Shown: positions 50,262-61,414, counted from the stretch's first letter. The stretch is DNA of 64,000 nucleotides from an uncultured Alphaproteobacteria bacterium (GCA_963727555.1 CAVSGT010000007.1:82543-146542), one strand, 5' to 3'. The notes: generated by a model from the sequence alone, not told the origin. Numbers and translations are program-made.

Positions 50262-52961
50262 CTACTCCGCAGCGGTCGTGCGCTTTGCCGGTTTCGCAGC
50301 AGGCGCACCTATTTTCTTAGGCGCCGGCGCCTTCTTGCCGGAGGCTTGCTTGCGGCCGGCGGCGCGACGCGCCTTCGGTGCGCCCTCGGCCGGGGCTGCC
50401 GCTTTGGGGGCCGCCTTCTTGCGGGACTTGGTTTTACCGCCGCCCTTGGCGATGCGTGCCTCCAACAAGCCGACCGCCTGCTCCAGCGTCACCGTCTCGG
50501 GCGTCATGTCGGCCGGCAGCGTGGCGTTGACGCCGTCGTGGGACACATAAGGACCGTAGCGGCCTTTCTTGACCATGATCGGCCCGCCCTTGTCGGGATG
50601 CTCGCCCAAGCTCTTGCCCGGATCGGCGCCGAAACGGCGGCCTTTGCCGGGGTTGGCTTTTTTCTCCGCGATCAGCGTGACCGCGCGGTTCAAGCCGACC
50701 GTGAGCACATCTTCATTGGCATCGAGATTGGCGTAGGTCTTGCCGTGCTTGACGTAAGGTCCGAAGCGGCCGACGCCGGCGATGATCATCTCGCCGTCTT
50801 CCGGATGCGGACCGACGTCGCGCGGCAATGCCAGCAGACCGAGCGCGCGTTCGAGATCGACGTCATCGGGCGACAGGCCCTTGGGGATGCCGGCGCGTTT
50901 GGGCTTCTCGGCGTCTTTCTCCTTCGACTGCTCGCCGAGCTGAAGATAGGGACCGAAACGGCCCGAGCGCAGCGAGACTTCGAGGCCGGTTTCCGGATCC
51001 TCGCCCAGCACCTTGGTGCCATTGACGCCGCCGTTGGCGCCCGGCGTCATTTGCCGGGTGAAATTGCAATCCGGATAGTTTGAGCAGCCGATGAAGGCGC
51101 CGAAGCGGCCGAGCTTGAGCGAGAGCTGTCCCGTTTCGCAGTTCGGGCATTTGCGGCGACCGCTTCCGTCCGCCGGTTGCGGGAAGATGTGCGGTTCCAG
51201 GAGATCGTTGAGCGCGTCGAGCACATGGGTGACGCGCAGCTCCTTGATGTCGTTGACCGCACCGATGAAGTCGACCCAGAAGTCCTGCAACACCCGCTTC
51301 CACTCGATCTCGTTGTTGGCGATCTTGTCGAGTTGCTCTTCCAGATTGGCGGTGAAATCGTATTCGACGTAGCGCTGAAAGAAGCTCTCCAGGAAGCCGA
51401 CGACGACGCGGCCCTTGTCCTCGGGCATCAGGCGCTTCTTGTCGATGCGCACATAGCCACGGTCCTGTAGCACCTGCAGGATCGAGGCATAGGTCGAAGG
51501 CCGCCCGATGCCGAGCTCTTCCATGCGCTTGACCAAGGCCGCTTCGGAAAAGCGCGGCGGCGGCTCGGTGAAGTGCTGCGAGGAATTGATCGCCTGCTTC
51601 TCCAGCATCTCGCCTTCGCTCATCGACGGCAGGCGCTTGGATTCATCGTCCTCGTCGGCTTCGTCGTGCCCTTCCTGGTAGAGCGTGAGGAAGCCATCGA
51701 ACTTGATCACCTGGCCGGTGGCGCGCAGTTCGAGATTGCGGGCGCCGACCTTGGCTGCGATATCGACGGTGGTGCGTTCGAGTTCGGCCGATTGCATCTG
51801 GCTCGCGACCGCGCGGTTCCAGATCAGCTCGTAAAGGCGCGCCTGGTCGCGGTCGACCGCCTTGGCAACCTCGGCCGGCGATCGATTGGGATCGGTCGGG
51901 CGCACGGCTTCGTGCGCTTCCTGTGCGGTCTTGGATTTTTGCTGATAGGCGCGTGGCGTCTCGGGCACGTAACCGGCGCCATATTGCTTGCCGATCATGG
52001 AGCGGATGGCCGTGATCGCCTCCGGCGCCACGTCGATGCCGTCGGTGCGCATATAGGTGATGAGGCCGACGGTCTCACCGTCGATATCGATGCCCTCATA
52101 GAGCCGCTGCGCCAGCCGCATCGTGTGCGCCGGCGAGAAGCCGAGCTTGCGCGAGGCCTCCTGCTGCATGGTCGACGTGGTAAAGGGCGGCGGCGGATTG
52201 CGGCGGGTGGGCTTGGCCTCCACCGCAGCAACCTTGAAGATCGCGTTCTCGAGATCGCGGGTGAAGGCTTCCGCTTCCGCGCCCGAGCCGATATCGAGCC
52301 GCTGGATTTTCTGGCCGTCGGCGCCGACCAGCCGCGCTTCGAAGGTTTCCTGCCGCGGCGTCGCCAGGATGGCGGCGATCGACCAATACTCCTTGGCGAC
52401 GAATTTCTCGATTTCCAGTTCGCGATCGCAAACCAGCCGCAGCGCTACCGACTGCACGCGCCCAGCCGAGCGCGCGCCCGGCAGCTTGCGCCACAGCACC
52501 GGCGACAGCGTGAAGCCGACCAGATAATCGAGCGCGCGGCGGGCAAGATAGGCATCGACCAGCGCGGCATCGATCACCCGTGGGTGTTTCATCGCATCGG
52601 TCACCGCCTGCTTGGTGATGGCGTTGAACACGACGCGCTCAACGTGTTGTTTGGTCAGTGCCTTCTTCTGCTTGAGCACTTCCAGCACATGCCAGGAGAT
52701 CGCTTCACCCTCGCGGTCGGGGTCGGTCGCCAGAATCAGCTTGTCGGCGCCTTTCAGCGCCCGGGCGATATCGTTGAGCCGCTGGTTCGACTTGGTATCG
52801 ACCTCCCAGACCATGCGAAAGTCGGCATCCGGGTCGACCGAGCCGTTCTTGGCCGGCAGGTCCCGGATATGCCCAAAAGAAGCGAGCACCTCGTAGCCGG
52901 GGCCGAGGTATTTATTGATCGTCTTCGCCTTGGCCGGTGACTCGACTACGACGATATTCAT
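50262..52961 (-). CDS. topA: DNA topoisomerase I
   Basis: VESPAKAKTI, DPDREGE, GRVQS, ITYMRTD, GIGRPSTY. Confidence 0.97.
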   Translation of the reverse strand: MNIVVVESPAKAKTINKYLGPGYEVLASFGHIRDLPAKNGSVDPDADFRMVWEVDTKSNQRLNDIARALKGADKLILATDPDREGEAISWHVLEVLKQKKALTKQHVERVVFNAITKQAVTDAMKHPRVIDAALVDAYLARRALDYLVGFTLSPVLWRKLPGARSAGRVQSVALRLVCDRELEIEKFVAKEYWSIAAILATPRQETFEARLVGADGQKIQRLDIGSGAEAEAFTRDLENAIFKVAAVEAKPTRRNPPPPFTTSTMQQEASRKLGFSPAHTMRLAQRLYEGIDIDGETVGLITYMRTDGIDVAPEAITAIRSMIGKQYGAGYVPETPRAYQQKSKTAQEAHEAVRPTDPNRSPAEVAKAVDRDQARLYELIWNRAVASQMQSAELERTTVDIAAKVGARNLELRATGQVIKFDGFLTLYQEGHDEADEDDESKRLPSMSEGEMLEKQAINSSQHFTEPPPRFSEAALVKRMEELGIGRPSTYASILQVLQDRGYVRIDKKRLMPEDKGRVVVGFLESFFQRYVEYDFTANLEEQLDKIANNEIEWKRVLQDFWVDFIGAVNDIKELRVTHVLDALNDLLEPHIFPQPADGSGRRKCPNCETGQLSLKLGRFGAFIGCSNYPDCNFTRQMTPGANGGVNGTKVLGEDPETGLEVSLRSGRFGPYLQLGEQSKEKDAEKPKRAGIPKGLSPDDVDLERALGLLALPRDVGPHPEDGEMIIAGVGRFGPYVKHGKTYANLDANEDVLTVGLNRAVTLIAEKKANPGKGRRFGADPGKSLGEHPDKGGPIMVKKGRYGPYVSHDGVNATLPADMTPETVTLEQAVGLLEARIAKGGGKTKSRKKAAPKAAAPAEGAPKARRAAGRKQASGKKAPAPKKIGAPAAKPAKRTTAAE

Positions 52962-53030
52962 GCAAAACCAATGGGTTATTCGCCTGGATGGGAAAGAATC
53001 GGGCGGATTCAGCCGCCCCGAGTCGGCGGG

Positions 53031-53059
53031 AACATGGGGAAGCCGGTCTCGGCTGTCAA
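53031..53059 (-). promoter_or_regulatory. putative sigma70 promoter of topA
   Basis: Minus strand TTGACA-N17-CATGTT. Confidence 0.45.
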
Positions 53060-53258
53060 ATCGGGCGGCCCGAGGCGGCGGTCAAACCAGCGAATTCAGG
53101 CATGAAAGAGACCGGATATCTTTAGAAATGCAACCTAAGAGAGTATCGTAATGTATTTGCTAGCTTAGCGATTACTATTGCGCGAAGACTGTGTATTTTC
53201 CATCGCCGGGAGCAGCGCGCAACGAAGCGTTCAATTGCGGACCTGGCACGGGATCACA

Positions 53259-53447
53259 ATGGCCGATCAATCCGGAAACGATCCGGGAGACATTAGCGCT
53301 GTCGCCCAGTACTTGGCGACGATGTCGGCCGATCTGGCCAATATCGCGCGCCAGAACGGCCTCGAGACCATCGGCTACCTCTTTGAGATGGCGCGGCTCG
53401 AAGCCGAAAGCGTCAGCCGCCATACCAATGGCCCGACTGGACACTGA
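53259..53447 (+). CDS. small hypothetical protein (62 aa)
   Basis: YLATMSADLANIARQNGLETIGYLFEMARLEAE helical hairpin resembling small rhizobial proteins; RBS GGGA. Confidence 0.65.
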   Translation: MADQSGNDPGDISAVAQYLATMSADLANIARQNGLETIGYLFEMARLEAESVSRHTNGPTGH

Positions 53448-54632
53448 TCAGCGCACCTTCACGCCAAGCCGGTCTAGGAATGCCGCAGTCGGATCGCCGT
53501 CCGGCAACATCCCAAGTTTGACCTGTTCGGTGCGAATATTGTCGCGCAGGTCGAAATCGATATGGCCCTCGAAGTCGTTCACCTTGTAGCCGAGCGCTGC
53601 CAGCTTCTTTTGCAAGGCGATACGGGCATCGCGCGATATCGGATGGTCGTCGGCCGGCCACTTGGCCTTGATCGGCGGCCCGCCATGCATGCGGTCGGCG
53701 AGGTGGCCGACGGCGATCGCGTAGGCGTCCGAGTTATTATACTCCTTGAGCACGTCGAAGTTCTTGGTCACCACGAAAGCGGGACCTTTGGCGCCGCTCG
53801 GAAAGAACAGGATGCCGGCGCCGTCCTTCGGGAAGACCTTGCCATCGATGGGATGCACGCCGAGCCGTTGCCATTCGACGAAGCTCGCGCGGCTGCGCCG
53901 GTAATCGAATTTCTTCGGCACGCTCACCTCAAAGCCCCAGGGCACGCCGTACTGCCAGTTCCATTTGCGCAAATAGTTGGCGGTCGAACCCAACACGTCC
54001 GGCACGTTGGTCCAGATATTGGCGCGGCCATCGCCGGAAAAATCGATAGCGTAGTCGGTGTAATTCGACGGCATGAACTGGGTCTGTCCCATGGCGCCGG
54101 CCCAGGAACTGACCATCTTGGCGCGCGCGATGTGGTTGTCCTGCATGATGCGCATGGCGACCAAGAGCTCGTTGCGAAAATAGGGATGTCGGAAACGCAC
54201 GTAAGCCAGCGTCGCGAGCGAGCGGAATACATCCCAGTGATCTTTTTCGGCGCCGTAGTCGGTCTCGATGCCCCACAGGGCAATCAGGATCCAGCGCTCG
54301 ACCTTGAACTTCTTCTCGACCGCGTCGAAGGTCTTTGACCATTCTTTGGCCTTGCGCTCGCCACGAGCGATGCGGCTTCGCGAAGCGATATCGTTGACGT
54401 AGGCGCCGACCGGCTTGCCGTATTCGGGCTGGCGCTTGGTGACCGCGATCACCCGCGGATTTGGCGTCACGCCTTTCATGGCACGGTCGAAAGTCGCGCG
54501 CGTGATACCCTTGGCCTGCGCGTTCTGCCACAGCTCGGCGAGGAATTCCGGGAAGAACTCCTGCGCTGCCGCTGCTTGCCCGCAGTAGCAGCCGACGACG
54601 ATCGCTAGGGCGACAAGCAGCCGGAGCAACAT
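53448..54632 (-). CDS. lytic murein transglycosylase (MltB/SLT_2) with PG-binding domain
   Basis: Signal peptide, WGIETDYG, SWAGAMGQTQFMPS, YNNS, C-terminal PG-binding domain. Confidence 0.92.
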   Translation of the reverse strand: MLLRLLVALAIVVGCYCGQAAAAQEFFPEFLAELWQNAQAKGITRATFDRAMKGVTPNPRVIAVTKRQPEYGKPVGAYVNDIASRSRIARGERKAKEWSKTFDAVEKKFKVERWILIALWGIETDYGAEKDHWDVFRSLATLAYVRFRHPYFRNELLVAMRIMQDNHIARAKMVSSWAGAMGQTQFMPSNYTDYAIDFSGDGRANIWTNVPDVLGSTANYLRKWNWQYGVPWGFEVSVPKKFDYRRSRASFVEWQRLGVHPIDGKVFPKDGAGILFFPSGAKGPAFVVTKNFDVLKEYNNSDAYAIAVGHLADRMHGGPPIKAKWPADDHPISRDARIALQKKLAALGYKVNDFEGHIDFDLRDNIRTEQVKLGMLPDGDPTAAFLDRLGVKVR

Positions 54633-54668
54633 ATGCGTCGTTCCTGATCGTTCAATTCGAGCCGCATG

Positions 54669-55787
54669 TTACACCAGCGAGACCAGACTGCCGCCGTGGC
54701 GTTCCAGCCGGCCGGCGATTTCGAGTTCCAATAGCACCGCGCGCACGACCGCCGGCGTGGTTTGCGATAGCCGCACCAGATCGTCGATCGCGACCGGCGT
54801 CGGCCCCAGTAGACCGAAAATACGGTCGCGTTCGTCTTCGCCAGGCTCGGCGCCAAGGGGGCCGGGCACTTCGCGCTCCGGCTCCTGTGCCGGCTGGTCA
54901 AGTCCGCGGCCGACGATGGGCACCAGCACCGAAATGACATCGGCAGCTTCGGTGACCAGCGTCGCCCCCATTTTGAGCAGACCGTTGGTGCCTTCGGCGC
55001 GCGGGTCGAGCGGGGAGCCGGGGACGGCGAAAACCTCGCGGCCCTGTTCACCGGCGAGCCGGGCGGTGATCAGCGAGCCCGAGCGGCGCGCCGCCTCGAC
55101 GATCACCACACCGAGCGAGAGCCCTGAGATCAACCGGTTGCGCCGGGGAAAATCGCGCGAGCGCGGCTCCCAGGCGAGCGGCATTTCCGACAGCGCGATG
55201 CCTTCAGCGACAATGGATTCGAGCAGGCCCTCGTGCTCGGCCGGATAAACGCGGTCGTGGCCGCCGGCGAGCACAGCGACGGTGCCGGTCGCCAGGGTGG
55301 CGCGATGCGCGGCGGCATCGATCCCGCGCGCGAGGCCGGACACGATGGCAAAGCCGGCGCCGCCGAGGTCGCGCGCCAGCTTCTCGGCGAATTTGACGCC
55401 GGCTGCCGAGGCATTGCGTGAACCGACGATCGCCACCAGCGGGCGCGCCACCACCTCGCGCTTGCCGCGTACCGCGACGAGCGGCGGCGGATCGTCGATC
55501 ATCTGTAGACGCGCCGGATAGTCCGGTTCGCCTAAGGCGATGAACTCAATGCCGCGTGCGCGCGCGGCCTTCAATTCGCGCTCGGCTTCCTCGCGCGACC
55601 AGATGCGGGCGGGCGCCAAGGCGCCACCGCGGCGCGCAAGCCCGGGAAGCGCGTCGAGCGCCGCCCGCGCGCCGCCGAAGTGATTCACCAATTCGCGGAA
55701 GGTTCGCGGCCCGATATTGTCGCTACGAATCAGCCGCAACCAGTCGAGCCGCTGCTCCTCGCTCAACCGCACTTTGTCGCTGGTCAC
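54669..55787 (-). CDS. dprA: DNA-processing protein DprA
   Basis: [37 protein letters not shown]. Confidence 0.94.
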   Translation of the reverse strand: MTSDKVRLSEEQRLDWLRLIRSDNIGPRTFRELVNHFGGARAALDALPGLARRGGALAPARIWSREEAERELKAARARGIEFIALGEPDYPARLQMIDDPPPLVAVRGKREVVARPLVAIVGSRNASAAGVKFAEKLARDLGGAGFAIVSGLARGIDAAAHRATLATGTVAVLAGGHDRVYPAEHEGLLESIVAEGIALSEMPLAWEPRSRDFPRRNRLISGLSLGVVIVEAARRSGSLITARLAGEQGREVFAVPGSPLDPRAEGTNGLLKMGATLVTEAADVISVLVPIVGRGLDQPAQEPEREVPGPLGAEPGEDERDRIFGLLGPTPVAIDDLVRLSQTTPAVVRAVLLELEIAGRLERHGGSLVSLV

Positions 55788-55880
55788 ATTGCCCCCTGAA
55801 TCGGTCAAGGGGAAAGCATCGCCCAGAGGAAAGCGCGCGACAACCACCATTGCCGATCAAGTGGCGCAAGATACCCGCGA

Positions 55881-56465
55881 TTACGCATGGGCGCCGATCT
55901 TGCCTTCGCTGCCGTCGATAAGCCGGCGGATATTGGCGCGATGCATAATCCACAACAGGGCGCTAAGCAGGGCAAACAGCGCCGCCGTCCGCGGCGTTCC
56001 CAGCGCCCACAGCGCAAATGGCGTCACGGCGCTGGCGATGAGCGCGGCGAGCGAAGAGTACCGGGTCAGGAAGGCGATCGCGAGCCAGAGGGCACAGAAA
56101 ATCAGCGCGCTCGGCCAGTAAAGGCCGATGAGCAAACCGATATAGGTGGCGACGCCCTTGCCGCCCTTGAACTTGAGCCACACCGGGAAGATGTGGCCAA
56201 GGAAGGCGCCGAGACCTGCGGCGAGCGCGGCGTCATGCCCGGCAAAATGCGCCACGAGAAGCACGGCGACCGTGCCCTTGAGCGCGTCGCAGACAAGCGT
56301 CGCCGCGGCGAGACCTTTGCGGCCGGTACGCAGCACATTGGTGGCGCCGATATTGCCGGAGCCGATCTTGCGCACATCCGGGCCGCCGGCGGCGCGGGTC
56401 AGCAGCAAGCCGAACGGAATCGAACCGAGCAGATAGCCAAAGGCGAGCGCGAGCGCATAGGTCAT
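55881..56465 (-). CDS. plsY: glycerol-3-phosphate acyltransferase
   Basis: [35 protein letters not shown]. Confidence 0.95.
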   Translation of the reverse strand: MTYALALAFGYLLGSIPFGLLLTRAAGGPDVRKIGSGNIGATNVLRTGRKGLAAATLVCDALKGTVAVLLVAHFAGHDAALAAGLGAFLGHIFPVWLKFKGGKGVATYIGLLIGLYWPSALIFCALWLAIAFLTRYSSLAALIASAVTPFALWALGTPRTAALFALLSALLWIMHRANIRRLIDGSEGKIGAHA

Positions 56466-57763
56466 ACGTATTCGTACACCGTGCGGCCGGTGACGATGGT
56501 GCGCACCACGCGGCCCGTCAGCCGCGCTTCGTCGAACGGCGTGTTCTTGCACTTGGATTTCAGTTCGGCCGGATCGAGCACCCAGGGCATATCAAGATCG
56601 AGCACGATGACGTCGGCCGGCGCGCCGGAGCGCAGCGTTCCGCCGGGCAAACCGAGCAGTTCCGCCGGCCGCGTCGACACCGCGCGCAGCAGCGTCATCA
56701 AATCGATCTCGCCGGAATGCACCAGCCGCAAACCGGCGGTGAGCATGGTCTCAAGTCCGATGGCGCCGGGCGCGGCTTCCGCGAACGGCAGCCGCTTGGT
56801 CTCCACGTCCTGCGGATTGTGATCCGACATCACGACGTCGATCAGGCCGCTGGCAAGCGCGGCGACCAGAAGCTTGCGGTCGTCTTCGGCGCGCAGCGGC
56901 GGCGTCACCTTCAAGAAGGTGCGATAAGGCCCGATATCGTTCTCATTGAGCGTGATGTGATTGATCGAGGCCGAGGCGGTCACATTGAGGCCGGCGTCTT
57001 TCGCGCGCCGCAGCACGTCGAGCAACTCCCCGCAGGTCACCGAAGCCGCGTGATAACGCCCGTCCGACAAGGCCACGAGACGGATGTCGCGCTCGAGCAA
57101 GACGGCTTCGGCCGCCTTCGGAATTCCCAGAAGCCCGAGCCGCGCGGCGAATTCGCCCTCGTTCATCACGCCGTCGCCGATCAAATCCGGATCCTCGGTG
57201 TGATGCACGATCAGCGCGTCGAAATCGCGCGCATAAGTAAGCGCGCGGCGCATCACTTGCGCATTGGTGACGCTTTTCTCGCCGTCGGTGAAGGCGACCG
57301 CGCCGGCGGCCTTGAGCAGGCCGATCTCGGTCATCTCCTCGCCGGCAAGCCCCTTGGTCAGCGCCGCCATCGGGTGCACGTGCACGATCGCGGTATCGCG
57401 CGCGCGGCGCAGCACGAAGTCGACCGTTGCCGGATCGTCGATCGCCGGCGAGGTGTCCGGCTGGCAGATGATGGTGGTAACGCCGCCGGCTGCGGCCGCC
57501 TGGCTCGCCGACGCGAGCGTTTCGCGATTGGCGGCGCCGGGTTCGCCGATGAAAGCGCGCATGTCGATCAGGCCAGGCGCCACCAGCTTGCCGCGGCAAT
57601 CGATGACCTCGGTGCCTTCCGGCACGCCGCCGGCGCCGATGCCTTTCTTGGCCTCGCGGATCGTGCCTTCGGCAATCAACAGGTCGCCGGGGAAATCGAG
57701 ATCGCGCGCCGGATCGACGATGCGAGCGTTGGCGAGCAGGATCGGGCGGCGGTCAGACAACAT
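56462..57763 (-). CDS. pyrC: dihydroorotase-like protein (probably non-catalytic PyrC')
   Basis: Amidohydrolase fold, AGGVTT, PPLR, SDHNP; metal-binding DxHxH replaced by DMRAF. Confidence 0.88.
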   Translation of the reverse strand: MLSDRRPILLANARIVDPARDLDFPGDLLIAEGTIREAKKGIGAGGVPEGTEVIDCRGKLVAPGLIDMRAFIGEPGAANRETLASASQAAAAGGVTTIICQPDTSPAIDDPATVDFVLRRARDTAIVHVHPMAALTKGLAGEEMTEIGLLKAAGAVAFTDGEKSVTNAQVMRRALTYARDFDALIVHHTEDPDLIGDGVMNEGEFAARLGLLGIPKAAEAVLLERDIRLVALSDGRYHAASVTCGELLDVLRRAKDAGLNVTASASINHITLNENDIGPYRTFLKVTPPLRAEDDRKLLVAALASGLIDVVMSDHNPQDVETKRLPFAEAAPGAIGLETMLTAGLRLVHSGEIDLMTLLRAVSTRPAELLGLPGGTLRSGAPADVIVLDLDMPWVLDPAELKSKCKNTPFDEARLTGRVVRTIVTGRTVYEYV

Positions 57764-57777
57764 CTTGCCACATCATG

Positions 57778-58732
57778 TCACGCGTTCGGCAAATTCCGCG
57801 ACAGCGCTTCCAGCACGGCCATGCGCACCGCCACGCCCATTTCCACCTGTTCGCGGATCAGCGACTGGGCGCCATCGGCGACGATTGAATCGATCTCCAC
57901 GCCGCGGTTCATCGGACCCGGGTGCATCACCAGCGGCGTCGGGCTTGGCGTAGGTGAGCTTTTTCTCGTCGAGGCCCCAAAAGTGGAAATATTCCGACAG
58001 CGACGGCACGTAGGAGCCGTTCATGCGTTCGCGCTGCAGCCGCAGCATCATGACAATATCGGCGCCGGCAAGCCCCTCGCGCATGTCGTGGGCGACTTCG
58101 ACGCCAAAACGCTCGATGCCGGGTGGCAGCAACGTCGTGGGGGCGACTACGCGCACGCGCGCGCCCACCGCGTTGAGCAGCATGATGTCGGAACGAGCGA
58201 CCCGCGAATGCAGGATATCGCCGCAGATCACCACCAGCAGCCCTTCGAGCCGGCCCTTGTTACGCCGGATAGTGAGTGCGTCGAGCAGCGCCTGGGTCGG
58301 ATGCTCGTGCGAGCCGTCGCCGGCGTTGATTACCGAGCAGTCGACCTTGTGCGCCAGCAGTTCGACCGCGCCGGAGGCGTGGTGGCGCACCACGATGATG
58401 TCGGGGTGCATGGCGTTGAGCGTGATGGCGGTGTCGATCAGCGTCTCGCCTTTACGCATCGACGAGGAGTTGACCGACATATTCATCACGTCGGCGCCCA
58501 GCCGCTTGCCGGCGAGCTCGAACGAGGCCTGCGTGCGGGTCGAGGCCTCGAAGAACAAATTGATCTGGGTCCGTCCGCGTAAGCTGGCGCGCTTTTTCTC
58601 GACCTGACGATTGAGTTCGACGAATTCCTCGGCCAGGTCGAGCAGGCCATAAATCTCGGCGCGGGAAAGCCCTTCGATCCCCAACAGATGCGGTCGGTTG
58701 AGGACGAACGAGGATTTCGGCGCAATGTTCAT
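57778..58732 (-). CDS. pyrB: aspartate carbamoyltransferase; +1 frameshift near 57935
   Basis: [29 protein letters not shown]; [12 protein letters not shown]...RMAVL resumes in another frame, stop at 57778. Confidence 0.94.
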
Positions 58733-58977
58733 TAAAGCGATTGCTATAGGCGGAACCAAGGTTCCCGGCAAGAGCCGGCGATCAAGCGGTCCACACACAA
58801 GCGTTATCGCGGCAAAGGCAGTTAACGGGAACGTCAGGCGACGCCTGGTGTTGAGGGGGAGAATCGGCGGCACCTGCCGCTGAATTTGGTTCCCCTGTGG
58901 CGGAACCGTGATGCCCGGAGGTCCGGGCAAGACGTGACAACGCCCTTAGCATAGGGCGAAGAAAATGGAGATGAGCC

Positions 58978-59358
58978 ATGAGAACGCTTTCGAAATATGC
59001 GGCTGCCGCGACACTGACGGGCGCGCTTGCGCTGGTTGCGGCGACACCAAGCCAGGCGCGTTGGTATGGTCACCACGGGCACGGAAACGGCGCTGCTGCG
59101 GCGATTGGCTTTGGCGCTGGTGCGCTGTTGGGCGCCGCCGCTGCGAACTCGTATTACGGCCCGCACTATTATGCGCCGGACCCGTATGGCAATGCCTACG
59201 AGCCGGGTCCATATGCCTATGAGCCGGCGCCGTCTTACGACTACTCGCGTGGTCGCCGGGGTACCGGTCCGAACTCCGCCAACTACTCCAATAATACCGG
59301 CTGCTCGACGAGTGGAGAGATGTACGGGCACAGGGACGACGCCGCAGCCTGCTATTAG
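58978..59358 (+). CDS. small secreted Gly/Tyr/Pro-rich protein (BA14K-like architecture)
   Basis: RBS GGAG, signal peptide ending PSQA, GAAAAIGFGAGALLGAAAA, YxP repeats, two C-terminal Cys. Confidence 0.72.
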   Translation: MRTLSKYAAAATLTGALALVAATPSQARWYGHHGHGNGAAAAIGFGAGALLGAAAANSYYGPHYYAPDPYGNAYEPGPYAYEPAPSYDYSRGRRGTGPNSANYSNNTGCSTSGEMYGHRDDAAACY

Positions 59359-59387
59359 ATAACGCGACCGGCGTGACGCGCCAAACG

Positions 59388-59414
59388 GAAGAGCGGGCAG
59401 GAGCCCGCTCTTTC
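59388..59414. terminator. bidirectional hairpin terminator
   Basis: AAGAGCGGGC-AGGA-GCCCGCTCTT between convergent genes. Confidence 0.8.
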
Positions 59415-59426
59415 TGCATCTGAGGC

Positions 59427-59897
59427 TCAGCGCGAAAGGTGCGTTAGGCGATCGAGCGCCCCCTGTAGAATAAAGGCGGCGGCGTGCTGGTCGATCACCG
59501 CCGCGCGCTTCTTGCGGCTCACATCGGCGCCGATCAGATCGCGTTCGACCGCGGCCGTGGACAGCCTTTCGTCCCACAGCGCAATCGGCAGATCGGTGAG
59601 TTTGGCCAGATTGCCGGCAAAGGCGCGCGTCGATTGCGCGCGCGGACCCTCGCTGCCGTCCATGTTGATCGGCAGGCCGAGCACGAAGCCGGCGGCCGAG
59701 CGCTCGGCCGCGAGCGCCAGCACACGGGCTGCATCGGCGGAAAATTTGGTGCGCCTGACTGTCTCGACCCCGGTCGCCAGCTTACGATCCGGATCGCTCA
59801 CCGCCACCCCGATGGTCTTGGTGCCGAGATCGAGTCCGAGCAGTGCGCCGCGTGCCGGCAACAGCGCGGCAATCTCCTGCAGCGGGCCGACCGCCAT
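59427..59897 (-). CDS. ruvX: YqgF/RuvX pre-16S rRNA nuclease
   Basis: LGLDLGTKTIGVA, GLPINMDG, WDERLST, IDQHAA..ILQ. Confidence 0.95.
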   Translation of the reverse strand: MAVGPLQEIAALLPARGALLGLDLGTKTIGVAVSDPDRKLATGVETVRRTKFSADAARVLALAAERSAAGFVLGLPINMDGSEGPRAQSTRAFAGNLAKLTDLPIALWDERLSTAAVERDLIGADVSRKKRAAVIDQHAAAFILQGALDRLTHLSR

Positions 59898-59899
59898 GC

Positions 59900-60301
59900 T
59901 CAGGCCGCACTCGGCGGATGTTGGGGGTCGAGCGAGCCGACGAGGCGCCGGTAGTCGTCCTGCGGAAGGGCGGCGAGGGCTGCCCGCGCCTTGTCGAGTG
60001 CGTTGGCCTTGCGGCGCGCCTTGATCTCCGCGATCTTTTTCTGAGCTTCGTTGAGCTTGGTGAGCGAGTCCGACGCGGCCCCCGTCTTGACCGCGTCAGG
60101 AGAAGCTGCCGCCAGCGCCTCGACGATATCGTTGAGCCAGCCGATCTGGCGGCCGTAGCTCGCCACCTCTTCGTTGACCTCGCGCTCGATCCCGGCATTG
60201 CCGGCGAAATTCAGCGAAATATTGGGCGACCACCAGCGGGTGACGATCTCCTGCCAATTGCCGGCGGCGCCGGGAAAGAAAATGTCGGGTAATGTGAACA
60301 T
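59900..60301 (-). CDS. hypothetical protein (133 aa)
   Basis: RBS GGAG; ..IEREVNEEVASYGRQIG.. followed by a coiled coil. Confidence 0.7.
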   Translation of the reverse strand: MFTLPDIFFPGAAGNWQEIVTRWWSPNISLNFAGNAGIEREVNEEVASYGRQIGWLNDIVEALAAASPDAVKTGAASDSLTKLNEAQKKIAEIKARRKANALDKARAALAALPQDDYRRLVGSLDPQHPPSAA

Positions 60302-60334
60302 GGTCGGTCTCCATCCCGGTCTGACCGGAACCTA

Positions 60335-61222
60335 TCACGGCACCGTGCCTTCCGGCAGAGCCGCGGCGTGCGCGGCAATGGCTCCCGCAGTAGCAAACCA
60401 AACGCGCTCGTCGGCTTTGCGCGCGATGTGCCGCAATGCGCGGGCAAGATGCTTGACGCGATGCGGCCAGCCGACGACGTAGGCGTGCAGCGCGATGCCC
60501 ATCACCAGCGGCCGTCGCGCGCATTCCTCCTGCATCACCTCGAAGGCATCGACGATCATGTCGGCGAATTCGTTGCCCTCGCGTTTGCGTGCGACGATCT
60601 GCGGAATGTCGTTGAGTTCCTGCGGGTAGGGCACCGACAGGATGCGGCCGTTACGCGTTGTCATCCACACCGGCTGATCGTCATGGCACCAGTCGAGCAG
60701 GTAGCTGTAGCCCTGCTCCTGCAAGAGATCGGGTGTGAGCGGCGACTGCGAGATCCAGGGCCCAAGCCATCCGTGCGGGCGGCTGCCTGAATGGCGCTCG
60801 ATCGTCGCCGTGGTTTCGGCGATTAGCCGCTGCTCTTCGCTTTCGCTCAGCGTGCCTTGCCGCTCGGAATTCGTGCGGCCGTGGCCGACGATCTCGGCGC
60901 CGGGAAACGCCGCTATCGCTTGCGGTGCATGCTGGTACATTTGCGCATTCACGATGAGCGAGACCGGCATGTTCAACTCGGCGAACAGGCCGGCGAGGCG
61001 AAAGACACCGACCCGGTTGCCGTAGTCGCGCCAACTGTAATTGAGCACATCCGGCTGCGGCCCGCCCGGCGCTAATTCGGCGCCGAGCCCTTCGCCGAAC
61101 GCAAACCATTCGAGGTTGAGGCCGACGTAGACAGCAAGCCGCTTGCCGCCCGGCCAGTCGTAGACCGGGCGCGTATTGATCGGCGAATAGACATAGCGGT
61201 CGTGGGTTGGCGCCGCGCTCAT
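60335..61222 (-). CDS. polysaccharide deacetylase (CE4/PuuE-like)
   Basis: WPGGKRLAV, DYGNRVG, GHG, GWLGPW, DDQP, ELND, ALH. Confidence 0.88.
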   Translation of the reverse strand: MSAAPTHDRYVYSPINTRPVYDWPGGKRLAVYVGLNLEWFAFGEGLGAELAPGGPQPDVLNYSWRDYGNRVGVFRLAGLFAELNMPVSLIVNAQMYQHAPQAIAAFPGAEIVGHGRTNSERQGTLSESEEQRLIAETTATIERHSGSRPHGWLGPWISQSPLTPDLLQEQGYSYLLDWCHDDQPVWMTTRNGRILSVPYPQELNDIPQIVARKREGNEFADMIVDAFEVMQEECARRPLVMGIALHAYVVGWPHRVKHLARALRHIARKADERVWFATAGAIAAHAAALPEGTVP

Positions 61223-61414
61223 GAATAATTTTTCCTTACCGACCGTGCGAATTTACCGTTTCGCCTAGCGCTTCTTTTACCACACCGCTCGGTCGCCAGC
61301 CGTGATCGCCCGAAAAATCCACGTATGTGCGGAGACATCTGGCAGGATTTTGCGCTCGTTAAGCAACCTGGCCGTAAATTCCTTCAAGGTCGGGGGAGTG
61401 AAAGGGTGCTTGGC

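Noticed and set aside
451-58732. Programmed frameshifting or phase variation in fabD, mltG, pdxA, GDPD and pyrB
   Set aside because: No slippery heptamers or long homopolymer/SSR tracts at the sites; sequencing error is more parsimonious
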